Assembly (NCBI GenBank): GCA_951406725.2
Contig: OX597816.1
Coordinates: 17,856,001 to 17,920,000, forward strand
DNA: 64,000 bases
From: Octopus vulgaris
Taxonomy: Eukaryota
Direction of reading: 5' to 3'
This document shows, piece by piece, positions 27,201-40,037 of this stretch. Every line of letters starts with the position of its first letter. Position 1 is the first letter of the stretch. Under the pieces are notes generated by a model that was not told where the DNA came from, ran no database searches, and saw only the letters and a program-made list of their open reading frames with translations. The translations under genes and the position numbers were made by a program.

Positions 27201-27381
27201 TATATATATAAATATATATATATATATATGTACACAGACACACAGACACATATATCTGTATATGTAAGTACATATATGTATGAGTAATTATATATATATA
27301 TATATTTATATACCGGTAAACACATAAATGTGAAACAAGGTGGCAAAAAGAGTACTCAAATACCAGTGGTAGAGTAATATG

Positions 27382-27416
27382 CCGATGAACGGCAACGCGA
27401 AACTCAGAGTAACAGG
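27382..27416 (+). ncRNA. 5'-truncated hammerhead-like motif
   Basis: CCGATGA-ACG GCAA CGC-GAAACTCAGAGTA-ACAGG. Stem III is ACTC/GAGT with a GUA triplet, the core has U4C, and the 5' strand of stem I is missing. Confidence 0.45.
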
Positions 27417-27704
27417 TTTTGTTGAATTTTCTGCTGCTTCAAATAAAGTATATATATATATATATACCACACTAAATTATATGTGAGATTCAGTTGAATT
27501 AGGTACTTAAATTGAGGCACGTTGTTAGGTCGGAATAATATACACAGATAACATTATTATGTAAATATCAAACTTGGTACATAAGTACCAACCGAGAAAG
27601 ATGTTCATGCAGTGTATGTAGACAATTAGAGCCAGCTTAATATAGAAATTCGTCCTGTAGCTGTTCAGACATCTACATTGTATTATATATACAGTCCATA
27701 ATAT

Positions 27705-28012
27705 TTGCGTTCTGAGTTCACATTCGGCTGAGGTCAACTTTGCCTTTCATCCTTTCGGGGCGGAAAAATTAAGTACCAGTTACGTTCTGCGTTCGATCTA
27801 ATCGACTGGCCCCTCCCCAAAATGTCGGGCCTTGTGCCTAGAGTAGAAAAGAATAATTAATACGTTCTGAGTTCAAATTTCGCCGAACTCGACTGTGACT
27901 TTCATCCTTTCAGGATCAATAAGTTAAGTACTAGTTGTGTACTGGAGTCATGATAATCGACTGGTGGCCTCCCCCAAAATTTCGGCTCTTATGCCTAGAG
28001 TAGAAAGGAATA
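27705..28012 (+). mobile_element. Two 5'-truncated SINE family A copies in tandem
   Basis: CGTTCTGAGTTCA...CTTTCATCCTTTC...GCCTAGAGTAGAAA occurs twice. Confidence 0.82.
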
Positions 28013-28334
28013 TTCACGAAGGGAAGTTTCCGAGACAGGTGAATAAAATATATATGAGAAACAGTAAAGGTACAGGTATCAGTCAATTACGGCCGTTTTT
28101 AACGGCTTCTCTAATTGATTAATGAAAAGAAAATTCTGCCAACTGAAATAATAGCAGAATCATTGAAATGTTTTTGAAAATAAAATGATGTCAAACTATG
28201 TCAAGTCATTTGAAATGACCCTAAATTTGAAGTTCATGAATTCATCTGACGGAAACTGGTTTTTATAATGATGTAAAGTCTTCGTTAATCAAATAAAGGA
28301 GACGTTAGAAATGACTGTAAAAGATTGACACCTA

Positions 28335-28390
28335 AACCTCTAGTTTATATTTTGTATACCTCACTGTATATATATATATATATATATATA

Positions 28391-28425
<35 letters not shown>

Positions 28426-28462
28426 CACACACATATATATATACATATATATATATACACAC

Positions 28463-28500
<38 letters not shown>

Positions 28501-28890
28501 AGGTGATGTGGAACACGAGTTGTGATATATAAAAAAAGGAAATGAAGAAAATGCTGACAAAATAATTTAAGTAAGGGAGAGTGTATTTAATTAGGTGAAA
28601 GTTCTTTTTACCGGTTGCGCATTTGTTATGCTTATCAAAAGATATTTTTTTAAGAGAGATAGAGTTCCTTTCTGATAGATTTTTTTCTCTTATCAGAAAG
28701 AGAAAAAAATCTATCAGAAAGGAACTCTATCTCTCTTAAAAATATATCTTTTGATAAGCATAACATATGCGCAACCGGTAAAAAGAACTTTCACCTAATT
28801 AAATACACTCTCCCTTACTTAAATTATCTTGTCAGCATTTTCTTCATTTCCTTTTTTATATATCACAACTCGTGTTCCACATCTCCTTTT

Positions 28891-28942
<52 letters not shown>

Positions 28943-28999
28943 ATGTGTGTATATATATATATGTATATATATGTGTGTGTGTGTGTATCTATCTATGTA

Positions 29000-29042
<43 letters not shown>

Positions 29043-29231
29043 TGAGGTATACAAAATATAAACTAGAGGTTTATCAGAAAGAGAAAAAAATCTATCAGAA
29101 AGGAACTCTATCTCTCTTTAAAAAATATCTTTTGATAAGCATAACAAATGCGCAACCGGTAAAAAGAACTTTCACTTAATTAAATACACTCTCCCTTACT
29201 TAAATTATTTTGTCAGCATTTTCTTCATTTC

Positions 29232-29235
<4 letters not shown>
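28335..29235. mobile_element. Inverted plus tandem triplicate of a Penelope-like terminal repeat (family H2)
   Basis: 28335-28690 is the reverse complement of about 28699-29072, and 29071-29235 directly repeats 28690-28860. Each arm carries the variant HHR motif. Same family as 54613-54985. Confidence 0.85.
28747..28786 (+). ncRNA. Variant hammerhead-like motif (family H2), also at 28604-28642(-), 29128-29167(+), 54688-54724(-), 54838-54875(+)
   Basis: TT-TTGATAA-GCAT aaca(a/t) ATGC-GCAAC-CG-GTA-AA. Stem II is GCAT/ATGC, stem III is the palindrome ACCGGT, and the triplet is GUA. The core differs from CUGAUGA/GAAA, and stem I has only ~2 contiguous bp. Confidence 0.45.
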
Positions 29236-29297
<62 letters not shown>

Positions 29298-29394
29298 TAT
29301 AAGTATGCATATATATATATATATATATGTTTATATAGTATGTATATATACACAGGGACACATAGATACATACACACACACACATATATATATG

Positions 29395-29460
<66 letters not shown>

Positions 29461-30654
29461 CAATGAGAAGTAGAGTGTGACAGAGTGAGAGGAAGAGAGG
29501 GAAGAGAAGAAACAGAGAAAGAAAAAATAGAGATATGGGGATATATGTACATAAAACATATAAGTGAGTGTGTATGTATGTGTGTGAGTATGTGTGTGTG
29601 CCTGTATGCATATATATATAATACATATATCATATTATTTTGATTCTTTGCCATTGAAGAGACCCAGAAAAAGGAAATGTATAAGTCAGTTCTCTTTAAT
29701 CACGTCTCCTTCTAATATATATCGTAGTTTTGACAAAGCACGTCCATAAGAGATATTAACTTAGAACAAGTATCTATTATACATATATGTATAAAATAGT
29801 GCGTGTGTGTAGGCATATGTTTTCATAACGATACACACGCGTATATCTATCTATTTATACACACATATATACACACATATATGCATACACACACGCGCAT
29901 ACACACATACGCTCATACATATATGTATATACACAACATATACATGAATGTATGAATATATATTAACTTGCTATGACTATTATTATCTTTTTATAGTTTC
30001 CTTTCCTTACACAATCCATAGAATTACCATGAATAATTCCAAAATATAATCTGCTTAGTTAGTTGTGAAAGTATTTTACGCATAAATACATTATTTTAAC
30101 TTTTCCACCCACCCTAATTCTTTTGTATCCATACTTAGAATTCCTATCTATTAGCAATATATTTTTAATGTATATATTTATCTCTTCTTATAAATTCCAG
30201 GTCTTTAATTATTTAATATAAAATTAGCTAATATTAAAATTTTACGTGTTTACTTTTTCCTTCATGTTTATTGATTTTCAAAATTATTTCTATACTTTTT
30301 GAGTTAACCACATAAATATATTTAAATTTTGCTTAAAACGTTAAAATGTTTTTTGACACATTTAACTATATTCATATATAGTGATACAGCATTACATAAG
30401 ATCTTTTCAAATATTACTTACGCAGATTTACTAACTTAATTTTAAGCACTTTTTCTCGTTATACTAGGGTTTATAAATTTAATTGTTCAGGCAAATTGTT
30501 TCCCTCCACCGTATCCTTCAACATACACTAATTCCCATAAACCCCACGTTTTTGAAATGTCTCTGTAAACTGTTTCAAAATCAACCATCATCTTAGATAT
30601 AACATATGCTGTATCTAAATTCATTACAAATAACCTATTCGTGATAAATCTTAA

Positions 30655-30810
30655 CGTGGGTGTGTGTTAAGACGTTTGCTTCCCAACCACGAGGTCCTTG
30701 GTTCAGTTCAATTGCTTAGCACCTTCGGCAAGTGTCTGCTGCTATAGCCACATGGGGATCAAAGCTTTGTGATTGGACTTCACAGACGGAAACTGACAGG
30801 AACCCATCGT
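30655..30810 (+). mobile_element. SINE family B 5' half, decayed
   Basis: GTGTGTTAAGACGTTTGCTTCCCAACCAC...CACCTTCGGCAAGTGTCT...AGACGGAAACTGA. Confidence 0.75.
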
Positions 30811-30831
30811 GTGTCCATATATATATATACA

Positions 30832-30870
<39 letters not shown>

Positions 30871-30902
30871 ATATATATTTATATATATATATATTTATTT
30901 AT

Positions 30903-31495
30903 ATACAGTGTACATTTAAACATACAAGAGATGACCATCATAGGACACATAGCACGCTAGAAGTAGTAACCAAACCACTATTAGGGAGAAATTACGAAGG
31001 GAATAAAAATAAAAACAGTTACATTCTATCTCCTGGAACATGCTTTTGGACTCTAAATTAACAAATAAAGTAATTTACTAGGCGAAGTTCTCATCAGCAG
31101 GGAGGCCAAAATTAACATATAAATACGAGTTAAAACACCATATGCCTCGTGCCTACATATAATTTTTCAAATCCACCGCGCAAGCGCAGTTTTTTGTCGG
31201 CAGCATATTGAAAAAATGCCGACCTGCCACGAAAATTTGCCTCGAGGCATATGCTATATTGCTTCGTTTTATGTTAATCTTGGCGTCCCTGCTGATGAGA
31301 ACTTTCCTCTAGCAAATTACTTTATTTGCTAATTTAGAATTCGAAACCATGGTCCAAGAGATAGACGGTAAATGTTTTTATTTTTCCTTTCCTTCGAAAT
31401 TTCTCCTTAATGGTGGTTTTGAATTTGGCTATTCCTTCTAGCGTGCTAGGTATTCTATGATGGTCATCTCTTATGTGTTTAAATGTACACTGTAT
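30903..31495. mobile_element. ~590 bp inverted-repeat element (~245 bp arms), each arm carrying an HHR motif (family H3)
   Basis: Arms 30903-31149 and 31243-31495 are diverged reverse complements (ATACAGTGTACATTTAAACA / TGTTTAAATGTACACTGTAT). Confidence 0.85.
31287..31360 (+). ncRNA. Type I hammerhead motif (partner on minus strand at 31031-31102)
   Basis: CCCTG-CTGATGA-GAAC...AGCAAAT tacttt ATTTGCT...ATTC-GAAAC-CATG-GTC-CAAGA. Cores are intact, stem III is the palindrome ACCATGGT, and the triplet is GUC. Stem I is imperfect here but better in the partner (CCTG/CAGG). Confidence 0.68.
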
Positions 31496-31617
31496 TTATA
31501 TGAATAAAATATAGTCAATTGACAAGTTTTCTGCATGGTAGGTCACTGGTAGTAAAAGTTTCAAAATTTTATTCCTACCCTGATATTTATTAATTATATA
31601 TATATATATATATATCA

Positions 31618-31910
31618 CGTCACCATCACGTAACCGACCAGTCCATCAGATGTAGTTACACATCGGTGGTCACAATGCGTTCGCATTGTTTTAGCCTTCG
31701 AATGACGCCACCCCGCTGGCTAAGCGAGGAGGCCAACAGAAGAAAGAGTGGTGAAAGTGTACAGCAGGGATCACCACCCCCTGCCGGAGACTCGTGGAGC
31801 TTTTAGGTGTTTTCGCTTAATAAACACTCACAACGCCCGGTCTGGGAATCGAAACCGCGATCCTACGACCGCGAGTCCGCTGCCCTAACCACTAGGCCAT
31901 TGCGCCTCCA
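31618..31910 (-). mobile_element. Full-length tRNA-derived SINE (family D; tRNA-Arg-like head)
   Basis: Minus strand starts TGGAGGCGCAATGGCCTAGTGGTTAGGGCAGCGGACTCGCGGTCGTAGGATCGCGGTTTCGATTCCC (A and B boxes) and continues ~220 nt into a non-tRNA body. Confidence 0.85.
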
Positions 31911-31913
31911 CAC

Positions 31914-32012
<99 letters not shown>

Positions 32013-32789
32013 TACGATTGTTCACTACCACCACTTCCCAACCAGTGTTGGTGCGTTTATGTCCTCGTAACCTAGCGGTTCTGCATCAGTAATCGATAAA
32101 ATTCTCCAACGAGGTAGCCCAACTTGGCTGCAGTTGAATGACTGAAACAAGTAAACACATAAAAGAACAAAATGATATCATTTTGTTCATTGGTATTCCC
32201 ACCAACATTTCCTGATAATTGACATCGCTATCCTTTTTTTTGCTTTCTATTTATGAATTGGGTGATATTAGTGACATTACGATGAATATCTCAGAGAAAA
32301 CAACCGCGTAGTTGTAAGTACAAAATAAATATATTTAATATATTCTACAGAACAAGTGTTGGTTTCTTTCTTACAGTTTCCTGATCGTTTAAATCAATAA
32401 ATTAATGCTTTTATATTACACATTTTATTAGATATAAGTGGAATATTCTATGTTTAAAAACGATTATTTCATAAAAATATGAAGCTGCTGACGATTATAA
32501 TTCGTTACTCTGATGCAAAATTAGCTATATTCTAAACTATGAATTTAAATCCATTAAATTCCTAATAGATCAATGATATTAAATTCTTACAAATCCCATC
32601 GCAAATGAAAAATTCTCAAAAGTTAGATAATGTAAAATACATTTTATCACCCCAGCAAAACCAATTGTTTTCCCGAAAACATTAAACTTAATGCAAATTT
32701 TGAGGAATTAACTTATCACATTGTATAGAAAACGTACTGTATTTTAAATGATATCAATATCGAAGGGCCAAAATATGGGTTTCTGCAAG

Positions 32790-33175
32790 TACAGGAGAGG
32801 GGTGTAAATCGATTACATCGAGTGCAGTCTTATTTTATCGACCCCGAAAGGATGGAATTCAAAGTCGAACCCGGCGGAAGTTGAACACAGAACGTAAAAG
32901 ACGGACGAAATGCCGCTAAGCATTTTGACCGGAGTGTCAATGATTTTGCCACATCGTCCTCTTACATGGCCAAAATGTTGGTTTCAAATTTTGACACGAC
33001 GCCACCAAATTTGGTCGATTACATCGACCGCTGTTATTAACATTTTATCGAACGCAAAAATGAAGAAAGACGAAGTCAATCTCGGCGGAGTTTGAACTCA
33101 GAACGTAAAGACGGACGAAATGCTGCTAAGCATTTTGTCCGGCAGGGTAACGATTCTGCCAGCTCACCGCCTTAC
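32790..33175 (-). mobile_element. Two decayed SINE family A copies
   Basis: GACGGACGAAATGC.GCTAAGCATTTTG occurs twice, with core ATCGACCCCGAAAGGATG. Confidence 0.82.
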
Positions 33176-33583
33176 ATAGCCAAAATATTACCAATTGCAT
33201 GAAATGAATTACTGCACTTAAACATCCTTGCTTTACACTTAAGTGCTATCATAATTATTGGAAATTAACATTTCACTTAGGTTAACAAACGCAATTGGCA
33301 TTAACCTAGTAAAGTAAAATAACCTAGTTTCGTGTCTATAATTATAGAATATTATACAAAACATCATAGATTTCTTTCTATCAATTTCTCTAAAACTACT
33401 TATAAATATTACAGTTGGACATAACAGATTACAACTCTTTCATCTCTCCATAACAATTATATAATTCTAATAACTGCGAAAATCGACAATTAATAAATAT
33501 TAAGGACTTTATCTACAAGGCACTTTAATTACAAAAGTCCTTTTCCCTATTTTAATGATAGTATATAGGAAAAAGTGGGGAGA

Positions 33584-33994
33584 CTTTACTCTTTTACTCT
33601 TTTACTTGTTTCAGTCATTTGACTGCGGCCATGCTGGAGCACCGCCTTTAGTCGAGCAATTCGACCCCGGGACTTTTTCTTTTGTAAGCCCAGTACTTAT
33701 TCTATCGGTCTCATTTGCCGAACCGCTAAGTAGCGGGGACATAAACACACCAGCATCGGTTGTCAAGCAATGCTAGGGGGACAAACACAGACACACAAAC
33801 ACACACACGCACATATATATATATACATATATACGACGGGCGTCTTTCAGTTTCCGTCTACCAAATCCACCCACAAGGCTTTGGTCGGCCCGAGGCTATA
33901 GGAGAAGACACCTGCCCAAGGTGCCACGCAGTGGGACTGAACCCGGAACCATGTGGTTGGTAAACAAGCTACTTACCACACAGCCACTCCTGCA
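33584..33994 (-). mobile_element. Full-length SINE family B with internal (TA)n(TG)n microsatellite
   Basis: Reverse complement of 38564-38974 over its whole length. Confidence 0.93.
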
Positions 33995-34898
33995 CTTTGT
34001 TGAAGTTAATGATATACTTGAATTAATTATATCACTCTGAATTATATAGGAATTTCCTTAGATTCTATATTTGGATATAACAGCATTTTCCATATATAAC
34101 CTTTACTCACAAAAAGCTAACTGATCCCAAATATGGTTAACATACTTTTATCTATGGTGTAGGTCTGCTGATACTCGTCGAAACTAGTCAGTCTAAATTT
34201 ACCTTTTTAGATTTTATATTAAACTTCAACGATCCAGTATATTATGAGTACAAAATAGAACTTTGTAATAAAACAACGAACTCCCTGAGAATATATCCTA
34301 AAAATATAATCAATAATGTAGATAAAATATTTCGTTTAGGATAATAAAGATTTATGCTAAGAAAAATCTTCTTAGATTCCTGTATTTGTTATAATGATGT
34401 TCTACTCCAAAGTGGGCACCGTAATAAAATTAAGCACTAAAAAACATACAGGGCACTAAAAACTTCGCTAGGAAATGTAATATTACCGTGTGCTTACTTG
34501 TATTTTAAGAGAGAAACTTGCAACACTGCCCATACATAACTAAATGTATTTTTGTCAACATCAGCATTATGGCTAGATCATAGCTAGTGACGTCACAAGG
34601 AGTCGCACTGCAGCAAAATGTTGATCATTGTTATCCTTCTGATAGTTCATCTATTAATCTTATGAATTTCATCAATCTTATTAGTTTAGGTACGATATTT
34701 AAAAAAATACAACGCGTCCATTTTGTTTTTTACATTCGCTTTTCTATTACAATTTTCGATTTTGTTTGATGACTAAACTCAAGAGTATTTCGTATATTCT
34801 TATTTCTTTTTCACTCTACCATAAACAATATTTATTAAATCAATTCTATAAATTGAAGTTTCAGTTTGGATTTCTTTTCTATATCATTTACATTATAC

Positions 34899-35000
<102 letters not shown>

Positions 35001-35046
35001 GGTTATATTAAATCTCTGAGCGACAGGTAAACAGTAGCAATACGGA

Positions 35047-35180
35047 ATCGTAACATTTAATTGCCAACCATGAGTGAGGTCTTACACGGGACAGTGCTAC
35101 TGGTGTGTCACCCTGGGGCTATAAACACCAGTAGCACTGTCCTGTATAGGACGCCACACTTGGTTGGCAATTATGTTACG

Positions 35181-35182
<2 letters not shown>
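35047..35182. repeat. ~136 bp hairpin element (arms ~59 bp) between (TA)n tracts
   Basis: GGACAGTGCTACTGGTGT / ACACCAGTAGCACTGTCC is a perfect 18-bp core. It extends to AATTGCCAACCA/TGGTTGGCAATT and ATCGTAACAT/ATGTTACGAT. Confidence 0.88.
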
Positions 35183-35211
<29 letters not shown>

Positions 35212-35278
35212 AATATATATACATACACACACACATGTATATACATATATACCTATACATATACGTATATATATATAC

Positions 35279-35314
<36 letters not shown>

Positions 35315-35318
35315 TTAT

Positions 35319-35383
<65 letters not shown>

Positions 35384-36802
35384 AACACACATATAAATAT
35401 TATTTCTAAATTATTCAGTTTTACCTCTTAATATCTGTTTCCTATTTCTAAATGTCATTCCAACTCCGACAGTGCACGCTCTGCTTTAATGATGGTATTT
35501 CATTTGTTCTGGTAAGGGATATATTTCTGCCTCAAAAGACGTCATTCACCGTTTTTATTGGCTTTTGACTTCAGCAGATGATATGCTCAAACATATTTAA
35601 CAAAAGTGTAAACGTGTCCACAGCTCTCCCTTTGTCAATAGGCAATGAAACTGTTATTTTGTTTATGATATGCTAATTTCAGAGAAATCTTATTTCTTGC
35701 CTATATCTTTATTTCTCATTTGGAGTTACTACGACGCGAGTACTTTAGGTTTCCTAAGTGCGTATATAACTTTAGTACACCATAGGTGTTTCATGTATAA
35801 GCGCAAGCGTAGCTCTTTGGTCTGAGCTTTCCTTTCCAACCACCTATTTTGGGATTCAGTATTAAAAATATTTTTAAAAGTTAAGTGTAATAAAAAAGTT
35901 CATAATTGTTTCTTACTAGTCTCAACAGAGTCCACGTGGTAGTGTGTTTTTTTTTTGGGGGGGGGGGGAGCATAATGGCTGTCTTGTGCGTTGACTAGAT
36001 TCGTTGATAAGGTTCGTTTTTTCAAGAAGAACCGAAACACGTAATATCTCTAAGAAAGTTAAAATTTATCTTATACAGTGACGTTTTCAAACACACACAC
36101 ACACATATATATATATGTGTGTGTGTGTGTGTGGGCGTGCGTGCGTATGTGTGTGTATATATGTATGCATATACGTATATGTATTCACACATATATATGT
36201 ATATGTGTATATGTATGTATATAAACACTTACATAATAGATATGTGTGTATGTGTTTCTGAGTGTGTATGTAACATGTATATTGATGTTCCTTTTTACAA
36301 AATAGAAATATATATATATATATATATATATGGGTTGATTCTATGATGATTTTCCTTTGTGTTGAGTCGAAACTGGATATATTTATTGCTGAGAAGACCC
36401 ACAAGGGGATATTTCTAGCGTTCTTCGTTTTCTTTTCAAAGAATATTCGAAAAGAAAACTAAAGAATATTTTGAAACAAATCGACAAATCACAGATAGTC
36501 TTAGATACGAAGCATATCTGTTAATGCATTAATCGATATAATATATTTATCTGAATTCAGAATTTTATTCTAAGAATACGTGTCACTTTGGAAAAAAAAA
36601 ATTATGGCATGACAAAAGAAAATGTTATCTCATGTTTATCAGAACATTCTGGAAATGCACAGAAGCTCAATTAAGGAGAGCGTTTTGTTAATCACTCCTA
36701 CACATCAAACTATCTACATCGTGAGTCGATTCTATTTATATTACGCGCATTGTGTATAAGATTCTGTTTTCATGACGAAAATAGCTGCAGCAGCAGTATT
36801 CT

Positions 36803-36939
36803 TGTTGTTGTTGTTGTTGTTGTTGTTATTATTGTTGTTGTTGTTGTTGTTGTTGTTATTATTATCATTATTATTATTATTTTGATTATTATTATTATCA
36901 TTATTATTATTATTATTATTATTGTTGTTGTTGTTGTTG

Positions 36940-37023
<84 letters not shown>

Positions 37024-37043
37024 GTAGTAGTAGTAGTAGTAGT
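36803..37043. repeat. (TTG)n/(TTA)n/(TAG)n compound microsatellite
   Basis: Direct reading. Confidence 0.96.
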
Positions 37044-37356
37044 ATAAATAGATTTTTCTAAGGCAAGCACAACATCACAAAGTGTACGGTAAGGTGTATC
37101 GATATACGTATTTTACTCGTTCTTTGACATTCGAAACAATTCTAACCAAATAATCCTTTTTGTGTGGATTTATGTTCCACCGTAGCTTTCATTGTAGTAT
37201 ACCAAAATCAGTAATTTATAAACATATACATACTGAACATTAATACAAAAAAAAATTGTTAAGTTAATTATGATATATATTTGAATATAAGATGTCTAGA
37301 TACACCAAATTAACTTATGATGAAACAAATTAAAATAAGGGATATTAATTTAGATT

Positions 37357-38200
37357 AGGAGTCCTCAACTAGAGGTCTATAAGGTCCTTGGGGATCCATA
37401 TTAGACATTCAATTTCTTTATTAACTATGTAGTTTAGAAACAGTGGGGACGATACGAGGACAGACAAAACAAACATTGGGGTCAGGGTATCGAATGAGAC
37501 GAAACGTATGAATAAACAAACAATTAACATATATACAATTAAATGAGAATGAGTGATTTACAAAAAATGATGCGGAGGACGCGGTCGACCCCACAAACCA
37601 CATACTCACACTGAAGACTTTGCTAAAATTCATGAGCAATAAATTGGTTATTCTTCTAAAATGCACAACATATTTTAACAGTTTTTTATATAATTTTTAC
37701 TCTTTTACTCTGTCATATGACTGTGGCCATGCGGAAGCACCACCTTTAGTCGAGCAAATCGACCCCAGGACTTATTCTTTGTAAGACTAGTACTTATTCT
37801 ATCGGTCTCTCTTGCCGAACCGCTAAGTTACTGGGACGTAAACACACCAGCATTGGTTGTCAAGCGATGTTGGGACACACACACACACACACATATATAT
37901 ATACATATATACGACGGGCTTCTTACAGTTTCCGTCAACCAAATCCATACACAAGGCTTTGGTCGACCCGAGACTATAGTAGAAGACACATGCCTAAGGT
38001 GCCACGCAGTGGGACTGAACCCGGAACCATGTGGCTGGTAAAAAAGCTACTTACCCCACAGCTACTCCTACGTAACATTTAATTATAAAAATATAATGAG
38101 AGCTTCTTAAAATTTCAAATGGTTCTGGGTCTAGTAATTAGAGTTGAATAGAAATCAAAGGTGTCTACTGGCAAAGAATGGTTGAGAACCCCGATTTAGA
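37357..38200. mobile_element. hAT (MER5/Charlie-like) non-autonomous element interrupted by a SINE B
   Basis: Ends AGGAGTCCTCAACT ... GAATGGTTGAGAACCCCG. A SINE B is nested at 37695-38072. Confidence 0.5.
37695..38072 (-). mobile_element. SINE family B copy
   Basis: Reverse complement of the family consensus with internal CA/TA repeats. Confidence 0.92.
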
Positions 38201-38563
38201 CGGACAGGAACGATATTTAAACTTAAGTAGCTATAAGAACTCAATATTAAAGCAAGAAGCTAGTAATGTAAACAGTAGAATGAGGTAATTGTTCATACCA
38301 TTTAAATGGGGTTACTGTCCAGCCCTCAAAAATTCTAGAATAATCCCCAAATACACTCTGGGGAAATGCTTAACTAAATTCAAAAGATTAAGCCAAACCA
38401 TCAATGTATATTTATGACAGTTGGCTACGAAAGTCTCTGAACTGTTATATATTTCTATATGGAACACTACTGCCAAAAATATCTCTCGGAGGTAGGTTGA
38501 AAATTCACAATACACCATATATTTTACATAAAGTATGAATATATGTACGAATATATATATATA

Positions 38564-38974
38564 GGCGCAGGAGTGGCTGTGTGGTAAGTAGCTTGCTAAC
38601 CAACCACATGGTCCTGGGTTCAGTCCCACTGCGTGGCATCTTGGGCAAGTGTCTTCTGTTATAGCCCCGGGTCGACCAATGCCTTGTGAGTGGATTTGGT
38701 GGACGGAAACTGAAAGAAGCCCGTCGTATATATGTATATATATATGTATGTGTGTGTGTGTTTGTGTGTCTGTGTTTGTCTCCCTAGCATTGCTTGACAA
38801 CCGATGCTGGTGTGTTTACGTCCCCGTCACTTAGCGGTTCGGCAAAAGAGACCGATAGCATAAGTACTGGGCTTGAAAAGAATAAGTCCCGGGGTCGATT
38901 TGCTCGACTAAAGGCGGTGCTCCAGCATGGCCGCAGTCAAATGACTGAAACAAGTAAAAGAGTAAAGAGAGAGT
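38564..38974 (+). mobile_element. Full-length SINE family B (tRNA-like head, CORE-like segment, internal microsatellite, LINE-derived tail)
   Basis: GGCGCAGGAGTGGCTGTGTGGTAAG (A box), GGGTTCAGTCCC (B box), GTGGCATCTTGGGCAAGT, (TA)n(TG)n, tail GGCGGTGCTCCAGCATGGCCGCAGTCAAATGACTGAAAC, then (GTAAAAGA)n. Confidence 0.94.
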
Positions 38975-39388
38975 ATATAAACAGTATGGGTAATAACTGA
39001 AGAAATGCCTGCGATAAAACGAAAGTAAAACCAATGTAAAATGTTCAGAGCGCCAAAATACAGGAAACAAAAATACTTCTCTGCAGAACCCACAACTGCA
39101 AAGCTAGAAGTGCTGTCAAACGCTTCCTCTATATATTCATGACCCAGTGAAATAATGCGAACCCCATACTGCACATTCTACAGAAATACCATAACAACGA
39201 TAACAACAATCCATACAACTATTGCATAGAAACAACATCTACTAATATAATGCAACACACAGTCTTTATGACAATATCCAGTAAATGACAAGGTTACACA
39301 TAACTGAATATGCGTGGTGGACCAACAGACATCCGTAAGATATCGCTTAAATAACAACAACAACAACAACAACAATAATAATAATAAC

Positions 39389-39502
<114 letters not shown>

Positions 39503-39507
39503 AAGAA

Positions 39508-39981
39508 TTATGATACGGTCACAGAAAATATGAAAGCAACCATACTATGGGATATGCCAATACACACATATGGAGAAATTATGGCCAAAGGCCGAATATA
39601 GTTGTCAGAGATCATCAAGAAAAAATGTTTTATAATCGATGTGTCAATACCAACAGATGATAACGTTTCTATAAAAGAAATGGAGAAACTTTCATTATGG
39701 AAATAGAAGTATCACGAATGTGGAGTCTAAAAAGAGAAACAATTCCTATCGTAATCGGCGTATTAGGTGTCAAAAACAAATTTCAGACAAATACCAGGAC
39801 TTACAAATATATATAACATACAGAAAATAGCACGACAAGGCACTGCACACATCCTATGTAACACACTTTCAATACAGTAAATATAAGAGCATCACAACAA
39901 ACTACAGCACATACACAAGGCACACAGAGCTGCGCTCGGTAGTGAAGTGAAAACAGGCGATAAAAATAAAACTACTGGATA

Positions 39982-39982
<1 letters not shown>
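39508..39982 (+). pseudogene. Decayed 3' end of an R4/Dong-type element (RLE domain plus 3' UTR) inside (AAT)n
   Basis: VTENMKATILWDMPIHT...IVVRD...IIDVSIPTDDNVSIKEMEKL...EVSRMWSLKRETIPIVIGVLG...IQKIA..GTAHIL aligns by eye to the RLE domain at 44050-44450. Both sides are flanked by (AAT)n/(AAG)n. Confidence 0.85.

Positions 39983-40037
<55 letters not shown>

Noticed and set aside
34180-34195. GAAAC-TA-GTC 3' half of a hammerhead (a similar weak case lies at 36338-36380)
   Set aside because: No intact CTGANGA box with matching stems upstream.
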